A stretch of 64,000 bases of DNA from an uncultured virus (IMG/VR IMGVR_UViG_3300037153_000351) (IMGVR_UViG_3300037153_000351), one strand, 5' to 3'. Positions 1-7,831 are shown, counted from the first letter of the stretch. Translations and numbers: made by a program. The notes: generated by a model from the sequence alone, not told the origin.

Positions 1-124
1 AAGGGTGTACAGGGGATTAGGCATGGGGCCCCCGTGGTGTGGCCTCCTCCCCCCATGAGGGCCTGTACGGGCTTCCTATCGAATACGGTAACTCCGTACT
101 GTTTGGGAACCCATGCATGGCTAG

Positions 125-170
125 TAAGTCGTTGATTTTATTGCATTTTCCCTACAGCAACCCATTGATT
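125..170 (-). promoter_or_regulatory. Two IHF-consensus sites in an AT-rich non-coding end region (putative cos/packaging region)
   Basis: Minus-strand AATCAACGACTTA (125-137) and AATCAATGGGTTG (158-170) both fit WATCAANNNNTTR; they lie downstream of the HNH gene. Confidence 0.5.
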
Positions 171-376
171 TTATTGTGCTTTTCAGCGTCTAGGGCTGCG
201 CATAGTAACTACATGCCTGCCCACGTTTGGACTCGTGGTCGGTTGCATCAATAAGGCCATTGATATGATTGAAGAATTTAGCCTTTGCATAGGTACTGGC
301 ATACTAGAGTGCGCACATGTGGGGAGTGTAGTTATTCAACGCCATTTCTAAACTACACGAGAACGGCCTGATTTCC

Positions 377-703
377 CTACATTTTCCCGCCAGTGTAGAA
401 AACATGCCTCGGATCTAGGGGCATTCCGTCCTCCCCTATCCGATCGGAAAAGCCCCTGATTTCGAGGGCGTTTTTCTCGCCGTCGTGGCATTCCTTGCAC
501 AGGCTTTGCAGGGCACCGAACCAGAACGCTCGCGGATCCCCCTTATGCGGCACCACGTGATCGGTCACGGTTGCGAGCGTTTTGCGCCCTCGTTTCAGGC
601 ATAGGGCGCACAGGGGGTTCAAACGTCGCTGGTAGCGGGCGCGCCGTTGCCAGCGGCGGGAGGAATACCAATCGTGCCACGGTTCGCGGTTTCGTTTTGG
701 CAT
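377..703 (-). CDS. HNH endonuclease, terminase-associated (HK97 gp74-like)
   Basis: WYSSRRWQRR..PLCALC..ATVTDHVVPHKGD..FW..LQSLCKECHD; start trimmed to MPKRNR at 703. Confidence 0.88.
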   Translation of the reverse strand: MPKRNREPWHDWYSSRRWQRRARYQRRLNPLCALCLKRGRKTLATVTDHVVPHKGDPRAFWFGALQSLCKECHDGEKNALEIRGFSDRIGEDGMPLDPRHVFYTGGKM

Positions 704-923
704 GGAACCGAGTTCCGCCTTGTGGTATTGGTTTGTTGCTCCGCTAGAACCGAGAACCCCCAGCCCCCCGACCCTCGTTCTCGCGAGCCGTGGGCCCGTA
801 CTGAGTGGCACGGGCCCATTGTCATTTTTGGGGCATAGGCCGACACATGACCCAAACGGCGTTTTGCCGGGTCATTCCCACGATATCGGCCCGTTACCTG
901 CGACCGCCCGCCGTCCGGGAGGA

Positions 924-1502
924 CTATTGGATCTCGTGCCGACCTCGTCGCCTGCGGCGTCGCCGTTTACGCCCGGGCGTATTTCGCATTGCCTGTGACT
1001 CGAATACGAGTTGCCGTTCGTCGACCTGACAGGGCACGCTTGCGGAGAGCCATTCGAGGCTCACGAGCGCCCGATATTCGTCGACCATGTATTGAAAGAT
1101 CGCGCGTTGGCCCACGATGCGGTGATCGTCGCTCGAATGGACGATGACGCGGTCACCGAACCTGAATCGGCCGGATTGTCGTTCGGGGGCTGGAATGACG
1201 TCGTCGACGTCAGCGATTTTACGGAGCGAGGTTAGGGCGAGGTCTGGCACCTCGGCGATATGACCGCCGTCGCCGCGAACGAAATCGAAGATCCCGAATC
1301 GGGTGCGCAGCGCGTGGAACGCATTTCGCGGATCCAAGAACACGTAGCGAGGAAAAGCGGGCCGAAGGCGATCCAGCACACGACCGCGAACGACGCAACG
1401 GTTGCGGATCTTGAAAACATGATTTGGGAAATGGTGCCGTGTGAGCGACCGCGCGATCGCAAGCTCGCGGTTAGGTTGGCACAGTGCCAACGCAAACGCC
1501 AT
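924..1502 (-). CDS. NusG/RfaH-family antitermination protein
   Basis: NGN-like CQPNRE and PAFPRYVFL, KOW-like FRFGDRVIV, Arg-rich tail; sits upstream of the packaging end like a late regulator. Confidence 0.8.
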   Translation of the reverse strand: MAFALALCQPNRELAIARSLTRHHFPNHVFKIRNRCVVRGRVLDRLRPAFPRYVFLDPRNAFHALRTRFGIFDFVRGDGGHIAEVPDLALTSLRKIADVDDVIPAPERQSGRFRFGDRVIVHSSDDHRIVGQRAIFQYMVDEYRALVSLEWLSASVPCQVDERQLVFESQAMRNTPGRKRRRRRRRGRHEIQ

Positions 1503-1895
1503 GGGCCTCCGCTCCCCTTATGTCCGCCGTGTGACGTTGAGCGTGGATTGGACGTCTAAACCACGGGCGGGGCTTTTGGCAAGGGGGATCCGCCAGATGT
1601 GGGGGGAAGTTCATCGCGGGGGCGAGGTGGGGGCCGTACCTTAGAAAACGCCGCCCCGGTCAATGCCGAGGGCGGCGTCGTGTTTTTGGGGGGGGCGACA
1701 GGTTCGCGCGATCAAGGGCCTTGCAACCCGCGTGATCGCTTCGGTCCGAATCCGAACGTCCCCACCACCGGCTAAGGCAACGACTGACACCGGTGTCTTA
1801 GCCCACCTCGCGGCCCGGCCGCAACTTGGGAGGCGGTGCATCTTTCCTCGCCTGCTATCGCCTCCGGAGAGGGGCAGGAAGCGCCCGCAACCGCT

Positions 1896-2120
1896 TCAAG
1901 GCAAGCGCCAATGGCTCACGGTCACGCCTTCCGGCATACGCTCGTCGAGATGGATCTCGCGGCCGTGGATCTGGCCTTTGCGCTCGACGTGATCGGAGCA
2001 AAGCAGCACGACGGGGCCGGTGACCTCCGGCGAGGTGTCATCGTCGATAGCGTGCCACGGCCGATCCAAAATGAACGGTGCCGCGCGGAGTTCATGGCGT
2101 TGGGTCATGCGTGAGTCCAA
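1896..2120 (-). CDS. hypothetical protein
   Basis: 74-aa ORF overlapping the upstream gene, ends VSHWRLP. Confidence 0.5.
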   Translation of the reverse strand: MDSRMTQRHELRAAPFILDRPWHAIDDDTSPEVTGPVVLLCSDHVERKGQIHGREIHLDERMPEGVTVSHWRLP

Positions 2121-2395
2121 TCTATCGTTCGGAGTTCGTCTATCAGACGTTGGGCAAGCTCGAAATGGTGCTCGTCGAGAATCCGGCTTTCCTTAGATCT
2201 TGCAAGGCGTTCACCGTTCCAACCCAAATGAAACCACTTTTTTCGCTTGCGGGATGCTCGCCATGGTGCCTCGACCTTGAGATTGTGCCAAGCGCCTGAA
2301 TTTCCCCACCACCATACCCGCCAGCGTTGACCATCGAATTCGAAAGCATGGATCTGAAACGGCGCGCGTGTGTCTCGTGCGACGTCAATCCCCAT
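2105..2395 (-). CDS. hypothetical protein (Trp-rich)
   Basis: C-terminal part of ORF 2105-2473 from MGIDVAR; start uncertain. Confidence 0.5.
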   Translation of the reverse strand: MGIDVARDTRAPFQIHAFEFDGQRWRVWWWGNSGAWHNLKVEAPWRASRKRKKWFHLGWNGERLARSKESRILDEHHFELAQRLIDELRTIDWTHA

Positions 2396-2510
2396 AGCGT
2401 GCCTCGCGCGCGCAATTCTTGGGCGTTTGTCTGGAATGCTTATAGTTTTTTCTTGAATCTTTCCTGTCGTCAAGTGGTGCCACTTGGGGCCGCGCTATGG
2501 ACGGGCGAGT

Positions 2511-2845
2511 GCGGCACCCTCGGAGGGGACGCGAGCGCCAGCGAAGCGCGGCACCTCCCTCCCGGTTTCCCTACCCCGTAGGGGGGGAAACCGGAGGGTG
2601 CCGCACCGTCCGACGCGCGCGGCACTCGTGCGGCACCTTTGCGGCACCTTGAGGTATTGAGACATAGAATCTAATAGCTACGTTTTCGCGAATAAGCGGT
2701 ATTGCGCGGGATTATGCGGGAAAGAGTTATCCACAACAATTTTAACGCGACGATGCATCGCACAATTTCAACCGATTGGATGTTGTCGCGTCATCGGATT
2801 AAAGGGGTGCGGCACCTTGCGGCACCTCGCGGTTTGAGGTGCCGC
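2511..2845. repeat. Putative replication origin: GCGGCAC(C/T) iterons, hairpin, DnaA box
   Basis: Direct copies at 2511, 2548, 2619, 2630, 2641, 2809, 2819; inverted copies at 2597 and 2837; imperfect palindrome 2548-2604; TTATCCACA at 2727-2735 in an AT-richer spacer. Confidence 0.65.
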
Positions 2846-2866
2846 ACCGTTGTTTTTGTTAGCAGA

Positions 2867-3046
2867 TTAGCGCCGGTCGCGGGGCAGGAACGAGCCCAAG
2901 AACCAATCGTAGAGCACCTGTCGGGCGTGCGAGCGGATCTTGCCCTTGTCGCAATCGGCGGGCAGGTCGTTGGCGATACGGTCGGCGATTTCGTCGGCGA
3001 GGCCGTCGACGACGCGTTGGATATTGCCGGAGAGATCTTCAATCAC
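2867..3046 (-). CDS. hypothetical protein
   Basis: GTG start overlapping the end of the upstream gene; (M)IEDLSGNIQRVVDGLADEIAD. Confidence 0.5.
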   Translation of the reverse strand: MIEDLSGNIQRVVDGLADEIADRIANDLPADCDKGKIRSHARQVLYDWFLGSFLPRDRR

Positions 3047-3356
3047 GGCGAGGTGCCAAGCGAGCCGGCCCGTACCAACCTGTGAGCGGGGGCAATCCGA
3101 ATTCGTTGCGGCGTTTGCGGTCGGCCCAAGCGAGCAATTTTTTATAGCTCTTGAACCGTCCGATCTCGCACGACACGCGCGCGTGCTCGCCGAGGACATC
3201 GCGATTTTTCTCGACGAATTGGGTTTGCACGGCGTCGAGGCTGTAATTCTCGTCGATCTCGAACAGCCACACAATCCGACAGTGCTGCGCAAAATTCCAC
3301 TCGTGCGGCAATTCCGGGTCGTCGAATTTAATGAGCACAGCGGCGAGCATGATCAC
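3039..3356 (-). CDS. hypothetical protein
   Basis: 105-aa ORF with 4-nt start/stop overlap with the upstream gene. Confidence 0.6.
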   Translation of the reverse strand: MIMLAAVLIKFDDPELPHEWNFAQHCRIVWLFEIDENYSLDAVQTQFVEKNRDVLGEHARVSCEIGRFKSYKKLLAWADRKRRNEFGLPPLTGWYGPARLAPRRD

Positions 3357-3961
3357 ACGCGATATTTCTCGCGGAGCGTGGCCAAGAGGTCATCGCGATC
3401 AATCCTGTCGCGGCGTGTTTCACAATAACCGAAAACGCGATCTTGCCCCGCGATGATCGCGCGCGCGCAACAATGGATGGAATCGAGGCTTCGGATCCGG
3501 GCGAATTGGGCGCGATAGCCGTGCTCATGCTCGATCACGTCGCCCCACAATTTGACGGTGCCTCCTACCCGGAATGAATCAGTCCACCATGTCGCATAGT
3601 CCGCCATCCGCTCGAAATCCTTGAACGCGTGCACGCCGGCGGCGTCGACGTCGCCTTGCATAACTTCACCCGGCCGCCAACACGCGTCGACGGCCATGCT
3701 AAAGAGCGTTTCTCCATCTTCGCCGACGCGCCAGCACCGATGCGCGATGATTTCGCCGGCGATGATTCCCTCGTTCGGGACGGGCACGGCGTCGTCGTCG
3801 ACCCAATAGAGCGGCAGTCGCCAGATTGGGGGAATATTTTGAAACGAGATCGGCACGGCCATAGCCCGATTGATCGCCAAACGATATTGCGCCAACACCG
3901 AGAAGATCCGAAGTTGATTGACGAGATCAGGCGGGTACGTGTTCGGGGCCGGTAGGGACAT
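3353..3961 (-). CDS. protein with tail-sheath terminal-arm mimic fused to an uncharacterised phage domain
   Basis: aa 9-28 match the sheath C-terminus and aa 37-54 match the sheath N-terminus; C-domain carries GVHAF..GTVKLWGDVIEHEHGYRAQFARI. Confidence 0.8.
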   Translation of the reverse strand: MSLPAPNTYPPDLVNQLRIFSVLAQYRLAINRAMAVPISFQNIPPIWRLPLYWVDDDAVPVPNEGIIAGEIIAHRCWRVGEDGETLFSMAVDACWRPGEVMQGDVDAAGVHAFKDFERMADYATWWTDSFRVGGTVKLWGDVIEHEHGYRAQFARIRSLDSIHCCARAIIAGQDRVFGYCETRRDRIDRDDLLATLREKYRV

Positions 3962-4072
3962 GCGCGGGCTCTTTCGCCGGCGGCGCTTTCGGTGTTGGCT
4001 CGGGTGTCGGTTGGATTGGTTCGGTCAACGGCACGACTGTGATGCGCCGAATGGGTTTGCCTATGTCTGCCA

Positions 4073-4351
4073 TTATGCTCGCTCCCCCCGCAACTTGCCT
4101 GCCATCGCACGGGAGTCGGCGGCGATCGCATTGAGGTCGTCGGAGTTCACGGCGTCGTCCGCGCGATCCGCCATCCGGTCGAGGAAGGCGGCGGCTTCGG
4201 TGATCCGCTTGCCGTCCTCTAGCAGCTTGCCCTCATAGTGGAATAGTCTCTGCTGATCTCCAGCACGCTCGGCGCACAGCCGCTCGATCTCATCGGCGGC
4301 CTCCCATCCTCCACACGCCCCCTCGCGCAATCGCTTAACGATATCGCTCAT
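4073..4351 (-). CDS. small cassette protein (EAADEIERL module)
   Basis: Last cassette of the repeat array; MSDIVKRLRE...AADSRAMAGKLR. Confidence 0.75.
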   Translation of the reverse strand: MSDIVKRLREGACGGWEAADEIERLCAERAGDQQRLFHYEGKLLEDGKRITEAAAFLDRMADRADDAVNSDDLNAIAADSRAMAGKLRGERA

Positions 4352-4352
4352 G

Positions 4353-4613
4353 CTACTTCCCCTCCAGGGCGCGGCGGGCCGTCATAGCTGCACTGGTGAG
4401 CCATTTATCTCCAAGCGCATCCTCCCAAGTATCGTTCACCATCTCTCTTAGCGCCGCCGTCAGCCGCTCGTTTTCAATCGACAGGGCGCAGCGCGAGGCC
4501 GTCAGCCGCTCGATCTCGGCGCGCAGTCTTTCCTCAAGTCCGCAATTGCATGGCCCGACTGGAAGGGCGGGTGCGTTGTAGATCGCACAGTCGGAATGGT
4601 GCACGTCGCTCAT
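4353..4613 (-). CDS. small cassette protein
   Basis: MSDVHHSDCAIYN..PCNCG..LRAEIERL..ALEGK. Confidence 0.75.
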   Translation of the reverse strand: MSDVHHSDCAIYNAPALPVGPCNCGLEERLRAEIERLTASRCALSIENERLTAALREMVNDTWEDALGDKWLTSAAMTARRALEGK

Positions 4614-4614
4614 G

Positions 4615-4716
4615 CTACTTCCCCTCCAGGGCGCTCCAGCCGGGACCACTGCTACCCGGCCTCGCAGGGCGTCGGGGGCGATTGCGCATTCGCCACACCG
4701 CAGGAGTGTTGCTCAT
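4615..4716 (-). CDS. 33-aa cassette peptide (not in ORF track)
   Basis: In-frame MSNTPAVWRMRNRPRRPARPGSSGPGWSALEGK* between two repeats. Confidence 0.5.
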   Translation of the reverse strand: MSNTPAVWRMRNRPRRPARPGSSGPGWSALEGK

Positions 4717-5006
4717 TCCTTCCCCTCCAGGGCGCGCAGCTTCGCCGCCATCGCGCGGCAATCAGAAGCGATAATCTTAAACCCTATGCCGTGGTAATCA
4801 TTAGACGCTTCAAGGTCGTCTGCCAGCCCGTCGAGGAAGGCGGCGGCCTCGGCGATCTGCTCATGCAGATCATCAATGGACTTCTCATAGGACGCATTGC
4901 GTTCCTGTGAACGCTGCACGTCCTTGTCAGCCCGCAGCCGCTCGTTCTCGGCGCGCAGCCGTGCAAGCTCATGGTCCACGCTGGTCATCTCAGAATTAGG
5001 TCTCAT
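4713..5006 (-). CDS. small cassette coiled-coil protein
   Basis: LRAENERL, EAAAFLDGLA, DCRAMAAKLRALEGKE. Confidence 0.75.
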   Translation of the reverse strand: MRPNSEMTSVDHELARLRAENERLRADKDVQRSQERNASYEKSIDDLHEQIAEAAAFLDGLADDLEASNDYHGIGFKIIASDCRAMAAKLRALEGKE

Positions 5007-5088
5007 AGTTTTCCCTCCAGGGCGCTAAGTTTACGCGGTTGCGATGCTCAGCGGGCTCAAAAGCTTCGGAACGGTGCACGTCGCTCAT
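4996..5088 (-). pseudogene. truncated/frameshifted cassette (MSDVHRSE...)
   Basis: Start resembles MSDVHHSD of 4353-4613, but it enters the next repeat out of the ALEGK frame (APWRENYET*). Confidence 0.45.
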
Positions 5089-5089
5089 G

Positions 5090-5395
5090 CTACTTCCCCT
5101 CCAGGGAACGGCGGGACACCCATTTGTCGGCGTCCCTATGCCACGACTGTTGCGGTATAAACTCTCCGGCCATCCAAGCGCGCGCCGCAAGAATGAGCGT
5201 ATTGGCCAGGGCGAGCTCCGCCCTCAATTCGTTGTTGATGCGCATGATCTCCTGCATACCCCGCTCGACCGCCGATGGCTGCCGCAGCGCGATCTGCTCG
5301 ATGAATTGATCTCGTTCTTGAGTCAGCCGCTCGATCTCGGCGCGCAGTTCTGCGTTCTCGTCGCAAAGCCTGCGCCATTCCGGTGCTAGGTTCAT
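5090..5395 (-). CDS. small cassette coiled-coil protein
   Basis: MNLAPEW..LRAEIERL..RRSLEGK. Confidence 0.72.
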   Translation of the reverse strand: MNLAPEWRRLCDENAELRAEIERLTQERDQFIEQIALRQPSAVERGMQEIMRINNELRAELALANTLILAARAWMAGEFIPQQSWHRDADKWVSRRSLEGK

Positions 5396-5396
5396 G

Positions 5397-5588
5397 CTAC
5401 TTCCCCTCCAGGGCGCGGCGGGCACAGTCCGTCATGGACCGAATAATATCCCGCAACCCGTGTTCGTATTCCCCTGTCAGGTTGCACTTGTCGAAATCCG
5501 CGATAATTGTCATCTGCGCCCGCAGCCGCTTGATCTCGGCGACGAGCTTGTCGATGGTGTCCATTGCGCGTTCGGTGATATCGCTCAT
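5397..5588 (-). CDS. small cassette protein
   Basis: MSDITER..AEIKRLRA..ARRALEGK. Confidence 0.72.
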   Translation of the reverse strand: MSDITERAMDTIDKLVAEIKRLRAQMTIIADFDKCNLTGEYEHGLRDIIRSMTDCARRALEGK

Positions 5589-5589
5589 G

Positions 5590-5850
5590 CTACTTCCCCT
5601 CCAGGGCGCGGAGCTTCGCTGCCATCGCGCGGCAGTCGGCGGCGGCTTGTGGCAGGCTTTTGGCGAGTGGATTATCTAGGCGCTTCGCCAGCCCGTCGAG
5701 GAAGGCGGCGGCTTCGGTGCGTATATGCAATAGGTCGGCGATCAGCGAGGCGTCATGCGCCGCATATTCGCGCTGTTGCCGGAGTTCGGCACGCAACCGT
5801 TCGAGCCCGTCATGGTCGGCTTTTTCGCGATAGAACCGATCTGCGCTCAT
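5590..5850 (-). CDS. small cassette protein
   Basis: MSADRFY..EAAAFLDGLA..AADCRAMAAKLRALEGK; ATGA overlap with upstream gene. Confidence 0.72.
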   Translation of the reverse strand: MSADRFYREKADHDGLERLRAELRQQREYAAHDASLIADLLHIRTEAAAFLDGLAKRLDNPLAKSLPQAAADCRAMAAKLRALEGK

Positions 5851-6356
5851 TGCTTGACCCCACCGCCGCGACGGATCACGAGCGCGCGCGGAGGGGCATT
5901 CGGTTTTTTGTCGATTGCCTCGCAGGCTTGCATGATCATGTGCGCGGGCGTTTGCGGATGCTTGACCCAATCCTCGATAGCCTGTTTCGAGACGAAAAAA
6001 TGATCGGCAGGGACGTCCTCGCCGACTATGCTGGAAAATGCGACGCTTGAATTGCTGTATGCGCACAGGCGACCGGCGGCGAGTTCGGCGCGCACGTCAT
6101 CCGGGTCGAGGCCGAACCGTGTGATGAATTCGCCGAGGCCGAGGCCGACCTTGTCGGGTTCGTTGTCGATTTGCTGTTGCGTGGCGAGGCGTTCCTCTAG
6201 CGGGACCGAAATTTTCCGTGCCTCGACTTCTCCGCCCTCGACTTTGGCGGCGAGGAGATCCATCGCTTGTTGCCGAGTATATCCGCCTTTCATGAGGTAG
6301 GCGACGGCCGTGTCGATATCCATCCATTTGCGCTTGTCGGATTTGCGCTTTGTCAT
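5847..6356 (-). CDS. hypothetical protein
   Basis: 169-aa ORF, translationally coupled on both sides. Confidence 0.7.
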   Translation of the reverse strand: MTKRKSDKRKWMDIDTAVAYLMKGGYTRQQAMDLLAAKVEGGEVEARKISVPLEERLATQQQIDNEPDKVGLGLGEFITRFGLDPDDVRAELAAGRLCAYSNSSVAFSSIVGEDVPADHFFVSKQAIEDWVKHPQTPAHMIMQACEAIDKKPNAPPRALVIRRGGGVKQ

Positions 6357-6709
6357 GTTCCATTGTTCTCCGTCATGTTCACCCTGTGCCCGACCGCCTC
6401 GTGGGCCTTGCGCACGGCGGCCTTGTGCCCGGCCTGCGCGTCATCCCATGAGGCATAGCGCCAGCAATATTCATGGAGCGGGCCGCCGAATATCATCGTC
6501 TCGAACAGGATCGGCGGGCCCTTGCCGTGCATGCGATGATCGATCCCGATGAAAACCGTCGAGACATAGGACTCGCTCGTGATGCCCGTATAGGCGACGA
6601 CATGCTCGTTTCGCATCCGCCATCGTCCCCACGTGACGACGTCGGCCTCGACCACGTGATGCTCGTCGTCGAGCACGTAGCATTTGAACGGCGCGCGGGG
6701 TTGGGTCAT
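6353..6709 (-). CDS. conserved phage hypothetical protein
   Basis: VSTVFIGIDH..PILFETMIFGG..RYASWDDAQAGH motif typical of phage accessory proteins. Confidence 0.75.
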   Translation of the reverse strand: MTQPRAPFKCYVLDDEHHVVEADVVTWGRWRMRNEHVVAYTGITSESYVSTVFIGIDHRMHGKGPPILFETMIFGGPLHEYCWRYASWDDAQAGHKAAVRKAHEAVGHRVNMTENNGT

Positions 6710-6951
6710 TCCGTCCCCGATGCCAATTCGACGACCTCTTGCCGGCCGAGGTCGACGCTCCATCTAAGCCCGCTGCGGACATGCGTGACGATCCAGCAAT
6801 GGCCGCAGTTTATTTCCTTGGCGGCGAGCTTGACGGCCTGCAACGGTGTCAGATCCCGCTCGTCGAATTCGTTATGCATTTCCACGATCCAATGCGGGAC
6901 GTCGTCGGGTGTCTCGCCGTCGAGGATGGTGCGCAGGCGGCGTTTCATCAC
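6706..6951 (-). CDS. hypothetical protein
   Basis: 81-aa coupled ORF. Confidence 0.6.
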   Translation of the reverse strand: MMKRRLRTILDGETPDDVPHWIVEMHNEFDERDLTPLQAVKLAAKEINCGHCWIVTHVRSGLRWSVDLGRQEVVELASGTE

Positions 6952-7175
6952 TCCGCCTCGATCGCGCGCGCGAGATTGTCGAGCAAGCGCACCATGGTTC
7001 GCGCATACAAGTCGGTTGTGTGCCGGCGATTGCGCTCATGCGCCTCGACCGCGAGCTTTGCATATTCCTCGATCCGGCGCAGGCGGGCGACTTCGGCCTC
7101 GGCGATTTTGGCCGCCTCCGCCATTAGGCTCGCCCGCTCCGCTCGTGTTCGGGTGCCGCTTGTTCGTCGCTCCAT
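6948..7175 (-). CDS. hypothetical protein (helical)
   Basis: 75-aa coupled ORF; start uncertain. Confidence 0.55.
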   Translation of the reverse strand: MERRTSGTRTRAERASLMAEAAKIAEAEVARLRRIEEYAKLAVEAHERNRRHTTDLYARTMVRLLDNLARAIEAE

Positions 7176-7390
7176 TCCGGATCCGCCCCGGTTTTAGCTT
7201 TCAGAAAATCAGCAATCACACTCTTGCACAGATCCATGAAGGCGCGCCGGCGGCCCTCGTCCTGCATCACGCCGAGGCGGATGCGGGCGATCTCGACTGC
7301 GCCCTCGGTCGTGTTCGACATGGCATAGGACGCGACCCACCATCCGCCCTCGACGCGCAGAATGAGACGACCGACCGGGGTGATTTTCAT
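7124..7390 (-). CDS. hypothetical protein
   Basis: MKITPVGRLILRVEGGWWVA..APEHERSGRA; ATGA overlap. Confidence 0.65.
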   Translation of the reverse strand: MKITPVGRLILRVEGGWWVASYAMSNTTEGAVEIARIRLGVMQDEGRRRAFMDLCKSVIADFLKAKTGADPEWSDEQAAPEHERSGRA

Positions 7391-7614
7391 TGCTTTGCGT
7401 CCGGTGCCATAAGGATTAGCTTGCGGCGCTTCATCAAAGGGCACTCGCGCGCCAGCCTTGCGCCGCATCCCGGTTTGAACGGGCAATGCCATTTGAATTT
7501 ATCGGGGGCTTCGTTCCATTCATCGCGAAGCTCGTCGGCACAATCGAAGCCCACGACGTCGAGGTCGAACCCGTCGAGGTCGTCGCGCCAGTACCAACGG
7601 GCATCCATCATCAT
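7387..7614 (-). CDS. hypothetical protein
   Basis: 75-aa coupled ORF. Confidence 0.55.
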   Translation of the reverse strand: MMMDARWYWRDDLDGFDLDVVGFDCADELRDEWNEAPDKFKWHCPFKPGCGARLARECPLMKRRKLILMAPDAKQ

Positions 7615-7630
7615 GCCTTTCGTTTGCGCT

Positions 7631-7831
7631 TCATGGCCGTGCCCCGCGCAATGCTTCGCGCCGTGTCATGCCGCGCCGGCGTTTCGAAAGCTCGATGACG
7701 CGCAGGCGGCCGGCCTTGATTTCCGAGCGCAGGGTTTCGACCGCGATCTTGCGCAGCGCGGCGGCCTCCGAGAGGTTCACGATTTCATCGAGCCAACGTT
7801 CATATTCCATGTCGCGTTTGGGTTCCTTCAT
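7631..7831 (-). CDS. excisionase-like winged-HTH DNA-binding protein
   Basis: IVNLSEAAALRKIAVETLRSEIKAGRLRVIELSKRRRG, next to the integrase. Confidence 0.65.
   Translation of the reverse strand: MKEPKRDMEYERWLDEIVNLSEAAALRKIAVETLRSEIKAGRLRVIELSKRRRGMTRREALRGARP

Larger units (their letters stand above)
4344..5609 (-). repeat. Array of 7 direct repeats of about 25-29 bp at gene junctions (minus-strand consensus GCGCCCTGGAGGGGAAGTAGCATGAGCGA)
   Basis: Copies at about 4344-4372, 4606-4634, 4711-4735, 5001-5025, 5081-5106, 5391-5416, 5581-5609; consensus encodes ALEGK-stop, a Shine-Dalgarno and the next ATG. Confidence 0.92.

Noticed and set aside
3800..3937. Sheath-like segment as a diversity-generating retroelement template or a sheath pseudogene
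   Set aside because: No reverse transcriptase in the window, differences are largely synonymous rather than adenine-specific, and the two arms are in swapped order inside an intact ORF
4344..5609. Repeat array as CRISPR or integron
   Set aside because: Inter-repeat segments vary from about 55 to 285 nt and encode ORFs; repeats are non-palindromic coding junctions; no cas genes or attC structure
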